Shown: positions 38,635-51,368 of the stretch, in pieces
Position numbering within the stretch: the first letter of the stretch is position 1
How the letters are laid out: each line of letters begins with the position of its first letter
NCBI RefSeq assembly: GCF_963921235.1
Contig: NC_086101.1
Location: 7,876,001-7,940,000 of the forward strand
DNA length: 64,000 nt
Direction of reading: 5' to 3'
Source: Mobula hypostoma
Taxonomy: Eukaryota
Made by a program: the position numbers and the translations under genes
Notes under the pieces: model-generated
The model's input: only the letters and a program-made list of their open reading frames with translations
Told to the model about the DNA's origin: nothing
Database searches by the model: none

Positions 38635-41050
38635 TTTCTTTTTTAAAAATATTTTGATTAAATATTATTGAAAATCAACAAAAAAAACCCCAAGAATCAG
38701 AAGGGGACCATCTTCATCAACTCAAATCAAATGGAGCCCCGCCTTTTCTCAAAGTCAAATCGGGGATCAAAAGTTCGACTTCTGATTTTCTCCAAACTAA
38801 GACATAACATCACCTGGAAAAACCATTGTATCAAAGTGGGAACAGAAGCATCTCTCCGTTTTAATAAAATAGCCCTTCTGGCCAATAGTGTGACAAATGC
38901 AATTACATATTGGTCTGATATAGAAACACCGTGAATATATTGAGGGATTAGACCGAACAATACTGTCAATTTATTTTTCCAGAAACTTTATTACAAGGCT
39001 CGGACGTTGTCAAATTTATAGAGATTCAGATAAAAGACTTTTTTCTTCTTAATAATTCGGAAGATGTGTCGAAATTGATTATATGGGATATATTTAAAAC
39101 ATATTTGCGAAGTCAGATAATCTCCTATTTGACTGAATGATTGATTCATGCCATCTGCAGCAGTCCGCGAAACCGCAATACTTCAGTGAAAATTTAAAGA
39201 TCTCCCTTTCCGTGTGCTCTACGAATTTTAGTCCACTGGCGCCTCGCGTCGTACATGCAGAGGAATCGTTGAAATAAGTCAACTGCACTGTACGATTAAA
39301 CATATTTTTCTTGAAACTAGAAGCGCTGTGCATGCTTGTCTGGTCAGAGAGAATCTATGGATCGAGAAAAAGGTCAACATCTCAGGTCAATGACTTTACT
39401 GCGCAGAGTTAGGATTTGGCACAAGAGATTATACAGAAATCTGATAATATAGAGCAACACACACAAAATGCTGGAGGAATTCAGCGGTGGAGGCAGCATC
39501 TGTGGAAATGAATAAGCAGTCGAAAAGCTTCAACAGCACACCCGAAAAGACAACAGTTTATTCATTTCTTTTTCAATCTTTTTATTAGTTTCATAATAAT
39601 AAACACAGCATAGTAATAATACAAAGTTATTGGGAATACATTGTTATAATTGACATCGTTAAATATAAATCCAGTTGACACTTAAATGTTAGAACTCCCA
39701 AACATACAGGATACAGATGAACAGTGTAAAACAAAGAAAAATATCTGGACAAAAATCATGAAAAAGGAAAAATAAAATTATAACCCCCCCCCCAAAAAAC
39801 TAACCTAAACAGTATTAATCAACGAAACTAAAAAAAAGAGACACGGGCTGTTATATAACATCACAAAAAAAAAGAAAGCATTAGGGTTGACGACTCCGTT
39901 CTCTCAACAAATATTACAAAGAAATAGAATAAATTTGGAAAAGGACAAATTACATCATATGAAAATAGAACCATAGAACCATAGAAACTACAGCACAGAA
40001 ACAGGCCTTTTGGCCCTTCTTGGCTGTGCCGAACCATTTTCTGCCTAGTCCCACTGACCTGCACACGGACCATATCTCTCCATAAACCTCCCATCCATGT
40101 ATCTGTCCAATTTATTCTTAAATGTTAAAAAAGAACCCACATTTACTACCTCGTCTGGCAGCTCATTCCATATCCCACCACTCTCTGTGTGAGGAAGCCC
40201 CCCCCCCAATGTTCCCTTTGAACTTTTCCCCCCTTCACCCTTAACCCATGTCCTCTGTTTTTTTTTCTCCCCTTGCCTCAGTGGAAAAAGCCTGCTTGCA
40301 TTCACTCTATCTATACCCATCATAATTTTATATACCTCTATCAAATCTCCCCTCATTCTTCTATGTTCCAGGGAATAAAGTCCTAACCTATTCAACCTAT
40401 TTAAAATGTTGAATAAATGACCTCCAGGTCTTTTCAAATTTAGTAGAGGGATCATAAACAACACTTCTATTTTTTTTTTCCAAATTTAAAGGCAGCATAG
40501 TTTGAGAGAACCAACGAAATGTGGTAGGAGAATTAATCACTTTTCAATTCAGCAAAATGGATCTTCTAGCCATTAATGTAAGAAATGGAATCATCCGACG
40601 AGCTGAAGCAGTTAAATGACTTGATTCTATCATTGGTAACGCAAAAATAGCAGTAACTGGGTGAGGTTGTATGTCAATTCAAAACAGTTGAGATAATATC
40701 AAAACTATCTTTCCAATATTTTTTCAACAAAGGACATGACCAAAACATGAATTAAAGAAACTATCTCGGAGTGACATCTATCACATATGGGATTTATAAG
40801 AGAGTAATAACAAGATAATTTATCTTTAGACATATGAACCCTGTGCAGTGCTTTAAACTGTATCAGTGCATGTTTAGAACATATAGAGGATGAATTAACT
40901 AACTGCAGAATTTTGTCCCATTTTTCAATCGGTACAATTAAGTTCTCTTTCCCAATCAGTCTTAATTTTATTAGATACATCAGGACATATATTCATAATT
41001 ATAGTACAAATAATTTCTGTAACACCTTTCTGAAAAGGATTTAGATAGAA
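38635..41050 (-). mobile_element. L1/Tx1-like 3' fragments (38635-38975; 39570-41050), the latter interrupted by a CR1 3' end (about 39966-40400)
   Basis: FVTLLARRAILL; SSICSKHALIQFK...CDRC; CR1 tail (atagaacc)n and LGLYSLEHRRMRGDLIEVYK. Confidence 0.8.
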
Positions 41051-42734
41051 GGTCAGATGATAGACCTGAGAGACACGGTTTTGGACACTGAATGAGCTTT
41101 GTTGTGCCCACAGAAAAAGTGGGTTTTTGGAGGATCGATCAGTGGCTCTTGCAGTGTGAAAAGGGTGTGACCGGTGGGGAGCTATAATACCACATTTCCA
41201 TGTGTTGATCCATGCCCTGAGCTAATCTGCCTTTCCTACGATTTTAGTTCCATTGAAATATACGCAGAACAGGATATTCGTCGCATCATGCTTAGTCTCT
41301 TGATTCCAGAAATTGTCCGAGGTCTTAACAACATCTGTCACCTCAATCTCTCCACTCTCTGTTCTGGCACTCCAGTTCCGTTTCAGGTGCAAGCCGTCTG
41401 TTCTTACAAGGCCCACTTTTTCTGGAAGAGAGCCCAATCAATTGATCAAAAATCTGACGCCGTCCATCCTACGCCAACTCCTTAGCCGCACGTTAAACTG
41501 CAAAAGCTTCCTATTTCTGACCTCACCAGCACTTGGCACGGGTACTAATCCTGATATAACTACCTTGGAAGTTCTTGTAACATATCACCGAACTGACTGA
41601 TCTTACTTTGCAGAACCTGGTCACTGTTGCTACTGATGTCATTACCATAATTGGAGCTTGACCTCTGGCTGCTTTGGCTGCTCACCGTCCCACTGCAGAA
41701 CGGTGAGGACTCGATCCGAAAATGGCCCACCCAGGACGTGGCAGCAACGGGGACACTGAACTTGACAGTCATAATATGAAGCAAGGAAATAGAATTCCGA
41801 GACTGTAAGGTATAAAGAATGTCTGGTAACCTGAACGATTACATTTCAATGTTGGACCCGAGAGCAGCAATATATCCAGATAAAGTTGTTGAAGGTCCGT
41901 TCAGTTTTACGATAGGAAGTGGTCCAACTATCTTCGTTTGAAGTGCAAAACAAAAGATCGGGGCGAGAACTGAATGCAGAGTTCGATGTTACATAGAGGT
42001 ACCAACTAGAGAAGGGGCAGTGTTGGATCTCCTGTCAGGGAATGAGATAGGGCAGTGACGGAGGTAATGTGTTGGGGAGCACTTTGTGTCCAGTGATCAC
42101 AATACCATTAGTTTCAATATAATTATGGGGAAGGATAGGACTGGACCCAGGGTTGAGATTTTTGATTGGAGAAAGGCTCACTTTGAGAAGATGCAAAATA
42201 ATTTAGAAGGAGTGGATTTGGACAATTTGTTTTATGGGAAGGATTTAATAGAGAAATGAAGGTAATTTAAAGGTGAAACTTTGAGGGTACAGGATCTTGA
42301 TGTTCCTGTTAGGTTGAAAGGAAAGGTTAAAAGTTTGAGAGAACCATGGCTTTCAAGGTATATTGGAAACTTGGTTCGGAAAAAGAGAGGGATCTACAAT
42401 AAATATAGGCAGCTTGGAGTAAATGAGGTGCTCGAGGAATATAAAGAATGTAAAAAGAATTTTAAGAAATAAATTAGAAAAGCTAAAAGAAGATATGAGG
42501 CTGCTTTAGCAAGTAAGGTGAAAATAAATCCAAAGGGTTTCTATAATTATATTGATAGCAAGAGGATAGTGAGGGATAAAATTGGTCCCTTAGAGAATCA
42601 GAGTGGATGGCTATGTGCGGAGCCAAAAGAGATGGGGGAGATTTTGAACAATTTCTTTTCTTCAGTATTCACAAAAGAGAAGGATATTGAATTGTGTAAG
42701 GTAAGGAAACAAGAAGGGTAGTTATGGAAAGTAT

Positions 42735-43018
42735 TGTGGCGACCCACTTTCTGGCACACACGAACCGGCTCACAACAGCGCGCGCAGGCAGAGGGCCGGC
42801 CCCAAAAAGGGCGCCAGGCCATCTCACCAGCAGGGGGAAAATCCCGCGCGCAGAAAGGGTCTGGGAATATGCATTCCCCACAGCAATCCCGCCCAGGGAG
42901 GGCGGGAACGGGAAGGCTTTAAAGCGGGCCGCGAAGTTTGAATAAATCTCTTTCATCGCAACTCTAACTCACCGACTCCGTGTGGTTATTCTGGCGCTGT
43001 GTGTAGCACATCGCTACA
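42735..43018 (+). repeat. 5' LTR (284 bp)
   Basis: tgtggcga...tcgctaca; by hand 9 substitutions and 1 indel versus the 3' LTR. Confidence 0.97.
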
Positions 43019-43020
43019 AT

Positions 43021-43034
43021 TGGTGACCCCGACG
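43021..43034 (+). promoter_or_regulatory. Primer-binding site, tRNA-Trp
   Basis: TGGTGACCCCGACG, 2 nt after the LTR, complementary to the 3' end of vertebrate tRNA-Trp. Confidence 0.9.
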
Positions 43035-43058
43035 GCCCAAACGATATTTGGACCAGAG

Positions 43059-43763
43059 ATGACCAACGCTGCATCTGTTCACGCAGTTTCGTTAAAACTG
43101 CCAAGCTTCTGGACGCTGCGACACCATTTATGGTTCGAACAAGCAGAAGCACAATTCCACATTCGGCAGATAACCTCGGAGTCCACTCGCTACTACTACG
43201 TGCTGAGCTCCCTCGACCAGGAGACTGCTGCACAAGTTGAGGAGTTTATACAGTCGCCCCCGGAGGACGGCAAATACACAGCATTCAAAGCCCTGCTCAT
43301 AAGGACTTTCGGACTCTCACGGCGCGAACGAGCACGCCGCTTAATGCACCTGGATGGTTTGGGAGACAGGCCGCCGTCAGCATTAATGAACGAGATGCTG
43401 GCCCTGGCTGAAGGACACAAACCCTGCCTCATGTTTGAACAGGCGTTCCTAGAGCAACTGCCCGAGGACATATGCCTGCTGCTGTCCGATGCAGATTTCA
43501 GCGACCCCCGGGAGGTGGCGGCCCAAGCAGATGTGCTGTGGAATGCCAGGAAAGAGAGAGGGGCATCCGTCGCACAGATCACCAAGCCGCGTGCTCAACG
43601 ACAGACCAGACCAGGCCCGGCAGCAGAGCCTACAAAACCCGGCGACGGGAGTGAGGAGCCCAACGAACAATGGTGTTTCTACCACCAGCGGTGGGGCACA
43701 GAGGCCCGCCGCTGCAGACCACCCTGCAAATTCCCGGGAAACGCCAGGGCCAGCCGCCGCTGA
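43059..43763 (+). CDS. gag: Gypsy gag
   Basis: VSLKLPSFW...[10 protein letters not shown]-terminal WCFYHQRWG...CRPPC motif; frame open. Confidence 0.9.
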   Translation: MTNAASVHAVSLKLPSFWTLRHHLWFEQAEAQFHIRQITSESTRYYYVLSSLDQETAAQVEEFIQSPPEDGKYTAFKALLIRTFGLSRRERARRLMHLDGLGDRPPSALMNEMLALAEGHKPCLMFEQAFLEQLPEDICLLLSDADFSDPREVAAQADVLWNARKERGASVAQITKPRAQRQTRPGPAAEPTKPGDGSEEPNEQWCFYHQRWGTEARRCRPPCKFPGNARASRR

Positions 43764-43786
43764 TGGCTACGGCGGCTGGCCATCAG
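43736..43786 (+). promoter_or_regulatory. -1 programmed ribosomal frameshift signal
   Basis: G GGA AAC in gag phase, 5-nt spacer, perfect 12-bp stem ggccagccgccg/cggcggctggcc; pol is in the -1 frame. Confidence 0.88.
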
Positions 43787-46700
43787 GACAGCCTCCTGTA
43801 CGTCTGGGACAAGCAGTCGGGACGCCGCTTTTTGGTCGAGACCGGAGCGGAGATCAGCGTCTTACCTCCAACGAGTTACGACACCCGCAACAGAGAACCA
43901 GGATCCACCCTGAGGGCCGCAAATGGCAGCACAATACGAACCTACGGCACCCGCACGGTGCGGCTACAGTTCAGCTCCCGCCGGTTCACGTGGGACTTCA
44001 CACTGGCCGCCGTGGCCCAACCACTGCTGGGGGCAGATTTTCTACGAGCCCACAGCCTCCTGGTCGACCTGCAAGGGAAGCGATTAGTCCACGCCAAGAC
44101 TTTTCAAACGTTCTCCCTGGGTGAAGCACAGTTGCCAGCCCCACACCTGGACTCCGTCACGCTGTCCGACGATGAATTCACCAGGGTCCTGGCGGATTTC
44201 CCATCAGTACTGACACCGCAGTTCACGGCAGCCATGCCCAGACACGGAGTACAGCACCACATCCCGACCCACGGACCACCCCTCCACGCCCGTGCTCGAA
44301 GGCTTCCCCCGGACAAGCTCCGACTGGCGAAGGAGGAGTTCAAGAAGATAGAGGAATTAGGGATCATACGACGGTCCGACAGCCCATGGGCCTCCCCGCT
44401 TCACATGGTGCCCAAGGCAACGGGGGGCTGGAGACCATGCGGTGACTACCGCAGACTGAACGAGGTTACAACGCCAGACCGCTACCCTGTGCCGCACATT
44501 CAAGACTTCGCAGCAAACCTACACGGCGCAAGGATCTTTTCCAAGGTAGACCTCGACCGGGGATACCATCAAATCCCTGTACATCCGGACGACATCCCCA
44601 AAACAGCACTTATCACCCCGTTCGCACTTTTCGAATTCCTCCGAATGCCGTTTGGTCTAAAGAATGCCACACAGACGTTCCAGCGGCTAATGGACGCGGT
44701 GGGACGCGACCTGGACTTTGCATTCATCTACTTGGACGACATCCTTATAGCCAGCAGTAGTCGGCAGGAGCATCTGTCCCACCTCCGCCAGCTCTCCTCC
44801 CGCCTGAGCGAATTCGGCCTTACAATCAATCCAGCCAAATGCCAGTTCGGACTCAACACCATCGACTTCCTGGGCCACAGGATTACCAAAGACGGGGCAA
44901 CCCCGCTGCCCGCCAAGGTAGACGCGGTCCACCACTTCCCCCGACCCAACACAATCAAAGGCTTGCAGGAATTCGTGGGTATGGTGAATTTCTACCACCG
45001 TTTCCTCCCCTCAGCAGCCCGAACCATGCGCCCCCTGTTCACCCTGATGTCGGGTAAGGGCAAGGACATTACCTGAGACGAAGAGGCCGCAACTGCTTTC
45101 GTTAAAGCCAAAGAAGCCTTAGCAAACGCCGCGATGCTAGTGCACCCCAGAACGGACGTTCCTACTGCCCTCACGGTGGACGCATCCAACACAGCGGTCG
45201 GTGGAGTGCTGGAACAACTCATCAAGGGTCGCTGGCAACCCCTGGCGTTCTTCAGCAAACACCTACGACCACCCGAACTCAAATACAGTGCTTTCGACCG
45301 GGAGCTATTGGCACTATACCTGGAAATCCGGCATTTCAGGTACTTCTTAGAAGGTAGGCCCTTCACCGCGTTCACAGACCACAAACTGCTTACCTTTGCG
45401 TTCACTGAGGTGTCCGACCCCTGGTCGTCCCGCCAGCAGCGACATCTGTCCGACATCTCCGAGTACACGACGGACATCCGGCATGTCTCGGGAAAGAACA
45501 ACGTCGTGGCGGACGCACTTTCCAGACCTACCATACAGGCCCTGTCCCAGGGGGTGGACTATGCAGCGCTGGCGGAAGCACAGCAGGCAGACGCTGAGAT
45601 CCCCAGTTACAGGACTGCAGTCTCCGGTTTGCAGCTTCAAGACCTCCCAGTAGGCCCAGGTGAGAGGACCCTACTATGTGACGTAGCTACCGGCCAACCC
45701 CGCCCCGTCGTCCCAGCAGCCTGGCGCCAGCGGGTGTTCGAGTCCATTCACAACTTAGCGCACCCCTCCATCAGGACCACCGTAAGGCTGGTCTCCAACA
45801 GGTTCGTGTGGCATGGACTTCGTAAGCAGGTCAGTGAATGGGCCAAAACGTGCATGCAGTGCCAAACGGCCAAGGTGCAGCGGCACACCAAGGCTCCGCC
45901 GCAGCGGTTCGAACCCACCCGCCGGAGGTTCGACCACATTCATGTGGATATCGTGGGGCCCCTGCCAGTGTCGCGAGGAGCGCGGTACCTCCTAACTATG
46001 ATAGACCGGTTCACCAGATGGCCAGAGGCAGTCCCGCTCACCGACACCACCTCCGAATCCTGTGCCCGAGCACTGATCGCAACCTGGGTAGCACGCTTTG
46101 GGGTACCGGCCCACATTACCTCCGACAGGGGCGCCCAGTTCACCTCCAGCCTGTGGTCGGCTATGGCCAGCCTTTTAGGAACACAGCTGCACCACACAAC
46201 TGCCTACCACCCACAGTCGAACGGACTAGTGGAGCGCTTCCACCGTCACCTGAAATCGGCTCTCATGGCCCGCCTGGAGGGGCGTAACTGGGTGGACGAA
46301 CTTCCCTGGGTCCTGCTCGGAATCCACACGGCGCCCAAGGAGGATCTACACACCTCGTCGGCCGAGTTGGTGTACGGCGCGCCCCTGGTCGTCCCAGGAG
46401 AGTTCATACCAACCCCAAGGGGGCAAGAGGAAGAACTCACAGCAGTCCTGGACAGACTACAGGAGAGGCTCGGTAACCGGGCCCCCATCCCCACTTCACA
46501 GCACGGACGGAGCCCGACCTGCGTACCCAAAGACCTGCAGAACTGTAAGTTTCTTTTTGTACGACGGGGCGGACACCGGGCACCGCTACACCGGCCCTAC
46601 GAGGGACCGTTTAAGGTGATCAGAAACAACGGGTCCACGTTCGTGCTGGACATTGGGGGGAGAGAGGAGGTTTTCACGGTGGACCGACTCAAACCGGCCA

Positions 46701-47032
46701 ATGTGGACTTGGCGCAACCGGTCCAGGCTCAGGCACCGCGGCGCAGAGGCAGACCTCCCAAACAGAGGCCGATGCAGACTGTGGACATTGGGGGAGGTAT
46801 CGCCGGTTCTGGGGGGGGCGGTTATGTGGCGACCCACTTTCTGGCACTCACGAACCGGCTCACAACAGCGCGCGCAGGCAGAGGGCCGGCAGCAAAAAGG
46901 GCGCCAGGCCATCTTCACCAGCAGGGGGAAAATCCCACGCGCAGAAAGGGTCTGGGAATATGCATTCCCCACAGTAGTCCCGCCCAGGGAGGGCGGGAAC
47001 GGGAAGGCTTTAAAGCGGGCCGCGAAGTTTGA
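43742..47032 (+). pseudogene. pol: Gypsy pol (protease, RT, RNase H, integrase), disrupted
   Basis: FLVETGA (catalytic D to E), YLDD, one in-frame TGA at 45074-45076, TVDAS RNase H, HNLAH...CMQC, D-D-E core, GPF motif. Confidence 0.93.
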
Positions 47033-47109
47033 ATAAGTCTCTTTCATCGCAACTCTAACTCACCGACTCCGTGTCGTTATTCTAGCGCTGTGTGTAGCAC
47101 ATCGCTACA
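46825..47109 (+). repeat. 3' LTR (285 bp)
   Basis: Direct repeat of 42735-43018, preceded by a G-rich PPT. Confidence 0.97.
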
Positions 47110-48894
47110 ATATGATGATTAAAGAAGAGGAATTACTGGCGCTTTTAAGGAATATAAAAGTGGATAAGTCTCCGGGTCCTGACAGGATATTCCCTAGGAC
47201 CTTGAGGGAAGTTAGTGTGGAAATAGCAGGGGCTCTGACAGAAATATTTCAAATGTTATTAGAAACCGGGATGGTGCTGGAGGATGGCGTATTGCTCATG
47301 TTGTTCTATTGTTTAAAAAAGGCTCTAAGAGTAAACCTAGCAATTATCGGCCTGTGAGTTTGATGTCAGTGGTGGGTAAATTGATGGAAAGTATTCTTAG
47401 AGATGGTATATATAATTATCTGGATAGACAGGGTCTGATTAGGAACAGTCAACATGGATTTGTGCGTGGAAGGTGATGTTTGACAAATCTTATTTAATTT
47501 TTTGAAGAGGTTACTAGGAAAGTAGACGAGGATAAAGCGGTGGATGTTGTCTGTATGGACTTCAGTAAGGCCTTTGACAAGGTTCCACACAGAAACTTGG
47601 TTAGGAAGGTTCAATAGTTAGGTATTAATATTGAAGTAGTAAAATGGATTCAGCAGTGGCTGAATGGGAGACGCCAGAGAGTAGTGGTGGATAACTGTGT
47701 GTCAGATTGGAGGACGGTGTCTAGTGGGGTGCCCAAAGCTATGTCCTCTCGTATTTATCTCTCGTAATCTCAGTGGAAAGAACCTATTCACATTTGCTCT
47801 GTTTGTGCCTCTCATAATTTTGTAAATCTCTATCAAATCTCCCCTATTCTTCTACGCTCCAAGGAATGAAGTCCTAACATGTTCAATCTTTCCCTATAAC
47901 TCAGTGAATCTTCTCTGCACTCTTTCAATCTCACTGATAGATGGCTGAATTTTCTGGAAATAACTTCTCCCACAGAGGAAGAAGTTTCAAATGGCGGGGT
48001 AGGCAATCATGGCTGACAAAGGAAGTTAAGGACAACATAAGAGCCAAAGAAAGCACTTTAGGGTAGCAAAATTGAATGGGAAGTGTGATAATTTTGATGC
48101 TTTTAAAATCCAACACAAGGCAACTAAAAAGCTATGAGAAGGGGAAAAAATGAAAATATAAGAGCAAAGTAGCCAGGAAAATAAAGCAGAATAACAAAAG
48201 CTTTATCAGTTCTATGAAGAGTAAAAGAGATGCTGGACCATTGGGAAATGATGCTGGTGTGGTGGTAATGACAGTGACAAAGAAATAACAAATGAACTAA
48301 ATTGATACTTTGCATTTGTCTTCACTGTGGAAGACTCTGGCAGTGTGCCATAGGTCCGCGAGTGTCATGGAGCAGGAATCAGTGTCATGACTATTACAAA
48401 GGAATAAGTGCCAGGTAAACTCAAAGATCTTAAGGTGGATAAGTCACCTGGGCCAGATGGACTACATACTCGTGTCCTGGGAGAGGCTGCTGAAGAGATA
48501 ATGGATGCATTGGTCACGATGTTTCAAGAATCATTGATTCTGACATGATCCCGGAGGATTTAAAGATTCCAAGTGTCCCTCCACTATTCAAGAAGAGAGG
48601 AAGGTAAACGAAATGAAATTATAGGGCAGCCTCAGTCTCTTCAGGACGTAGAGGCAAGTATTTCCCTTCTTCACAGCTGCTGTGTTTGTTCTCCACCCGT
48701 CTGTCTTCCACGTGTCCCCCCAGGTACTCACCACATTCACGTTCTCATCATCAATACTAGCAAGGCCTCCTAAAGCCCGCCACCATCTCTTTGTCTTACA
48801 GATGTTGAGCTACAGGTTTTTGCAAAATTCTCCACCAGAGCCCTGTATTCATCTTCTCGTCCTCCATTAGAACAGCCATGAGGAAGAAGTTAGA

Positions 48895-51074
48895 AAAGCG
48901 TTTAATTGGAGTAAGAGAAATTATGAGTCTATCAGGCAGGAAATTGGAAGCTTAAACAGATGTTCTCAAGGAAAAGTACGGAAGAAATGTGACAAATGTT
49001 CAGGGGATAGTTGTGTGGAGTTCTGCATAGGTACGTTCCTATGAGACAGGGAAGTTATGGTAGAGTACAGGAACCGTAGTGTACAAAGGCTGTAATAAAT
49101 CCAGTCAAGAAGAAAAGAAAAGCTTACAAAAGTTTCAGAGAGCTAGGTAATGTTAGAGATATAGAAGATTATGAGGCTAACTGGAAGGAGCTTAAGAAGG
49201 AAATTAGGAGAGCCAGAAGGGGCCACGAGAAGGCCTTGGTGGGCAGGATTAAGGAAAACCCCAAGGCATTCTACAAGTATGTGAAGAGGAAGAGGATAAG
49301 ACGTGAAAGAATAGGACCTATCAAGTGTGACAGTGGGAAAGCGTTTTTGGAACCGGAGGAAAAAGCAGAGGTACTTAATGAGTACTTTACTTCAGTATTC
49401 ACTATGGAAACGGATCTTGGCGATTGTAGTGATGACGCAGCAGATTGAAAAGCTTGAGCATGTAGATATTAAGAAAGAGGATGTGCTGGAGCTTTTGGAA
49501 AGCATCAAGATGGTTAAGTTGCTGGTACCGAACGAGATGTACCCCAGGCTACCGTGGGAGCGAGGGAGGAGACTACCGAGCCTCTGGCGATGATCTTTGC
49601 ATTATCTATGGGGACGGGAAAGGTTCCGGAGGATTGGAGGGTTGCGGATGTTGTTCCTTTATTCAAGAAAGGGAGTAGAGATAGCCCAGGAAATTATAAA
49701 CCAGTGAGTCTTACTTCACTGGTTGGTAAGTTGATGGAGAAGATCCGACAGGCAGGATTTATGAACATTTGGAGAGATATAATATGATTAGGAATAGTCA
49801 GCATGGCTTTGTCAAGGGCAGCTCGTGCCCTACGTGCCTGATGGAATTTTTTGAGGATGTGACTGAACACATTGATGAAGGTAGAGCAGTAGATGTAGTG
49901 TAGATGGATTTCAGCAAGGCATTTGATAAGGTACCCCATGCAAGGCTTATTGAGAAAGTAAGGAGGCATGGGATCCAACCGGACATTGCTTTGTGGATCC
50001 AGAACTGGCTTGCCCACAGAAGGCAAATAGTGGTTGTAGGCTGGTCATATTCTGCGTGGGTGTTGGTCACCAGTAGACTGCTTTAAGGATCTCTTCTGTG
50101 ACCCTTACTCTTCGTGATTTTTATAAATGACCTGGATGAAGAAGTGGAGGGATGGGTTAGTAAGTTTGCTGATGACACAAAGGTTGGAGAAGTTGTAGAT
50201 AGTGTGGAGGGCTGTCAGAAGTTACAGCGGGACATTGATAGGATGCAAAACTGTTCTGAGAAGTGGTAGATGGAATTCAACCCAGATAAGTGGGAGGTGG
50301 TTCATTTTGGTAGGTCAAAAATGATGGCTAAATATAGTATTAATGGTAAGACTCTTGGCAGTGTGGAGGATCAGAGGGATCTTGGGGTCTAAGTCAATAG
50401 TACGCAAAAGCAGCTGCGCAGGTTCTCTCTGTGTTTAAGAAGGTGTGCGGTGTATTGGTCTTCATCAATCGTGGGATTGAATTTAGGAGCCGAGAGGTAA
50501 TGTTGCAGCTATATAGGACCCTGGTCAGATCCCAGTTGGAGTACTGTGCTCAGTTCTTGTCTCCTCACTACAGGAGGGACGTGGAAACCATAGCTAGGGT
50601 TCAGAGGAGATTTACAAGGATGTTGCCTGGATTGGGGAGCATGCCTTATGAAAACAAGTTTAGTGAACTCGGCCTTTTCTCCTTGGAGCGACGGAGGATG
50701 AGAGGTGAACTGATAGAGGTGTATAAGATGATGAGAGGCATTGATCGTGTGGATAGTCAGAGACTTTTTCCCAGGGCTGAAATGGTTGCCACAAGAGCGC
50801 ACAGGTTTAAGATGCTGGGGAGTAGGTACAGAGGAGCTGTCAGGGATAAGTTTTTTACGCAGAGGATGGTGAGTGCGTGAATGGGCTGCTGGCAATGGTG
50901 GTGGAGCGGATACAATACGGTCTTTTAAGAGACTTATGGATAGGTACATGGAGCTTAGAAAAATAGAGGGCTATTGGTAAGCCTTGTAATTTCTAAGGTT
51001 GGGACATGTTCAGAACAACTCTGTGGGCCGAAGGGCCTGCATTGTGCGGTAGGTTTTCTATGTTTCTATGTTTC
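48895..51074 (+). mobile_element. CR1 LINE, 5'-truncated
   Basis: KENPKAFYKY, DFSKAFDKVPH, FADDTK; tail (tttctatg)n. Confidence 0.93.
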
Positions 51075-51368
51075 TAATATCTTTAGTCAAATTGTGGTGA
51101 ATCTGTTGAATTCCTTGTCACACGCGGATGTGCGGCCTATTCAATGGAAGAGGTAGGTTGATGATTAATCAGGGCGTGAAAGGTGATGCACAGAAGACAT
51201 GACAATGCGGATAGGAGGCAAATGGATCAGCCATGATGAAATGGCGGAGCAACCTCGACGGACCTCATGGCCTAATTCTCCTCCTATTTCTTAGGGTCCT
51301 ATGGTCTTAATTCAATAAAATAAATGGTACAAAACCGGAAATTCAATTATCCTTATTCACCTTCCAAG

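Larger units (their letters stand above)
42735..47109 (+). mobile_element. Full-length Ty3/Gypsy LTR retrotransposon (4375 bp)
   Basis: TG...CA LTRs, PBS, gag, pol (PR-RT-RH-IN), PPT at 46811-46824, 4-bp TSD gtat/atat (one mismatch). Confidence 0.97.
41990..47735 (+). mobile_element. CR1 ORF2 fragment hosting the Gypsy insertion
   Basis: CR1 sequence stops at gttatggaaagtat (42734) and resumes at atatgatgattaaagaagagg (47110), continuing into KSPGPDRIFPR. Confidence 0.9.

Noticed and set aside
45074..45076. Programmed stop readthrough in pol
   Set aside because: It falls at a position where Trp is expected (TGG to TGA) in an element that also has a mutated protease site; simple decay explains it.
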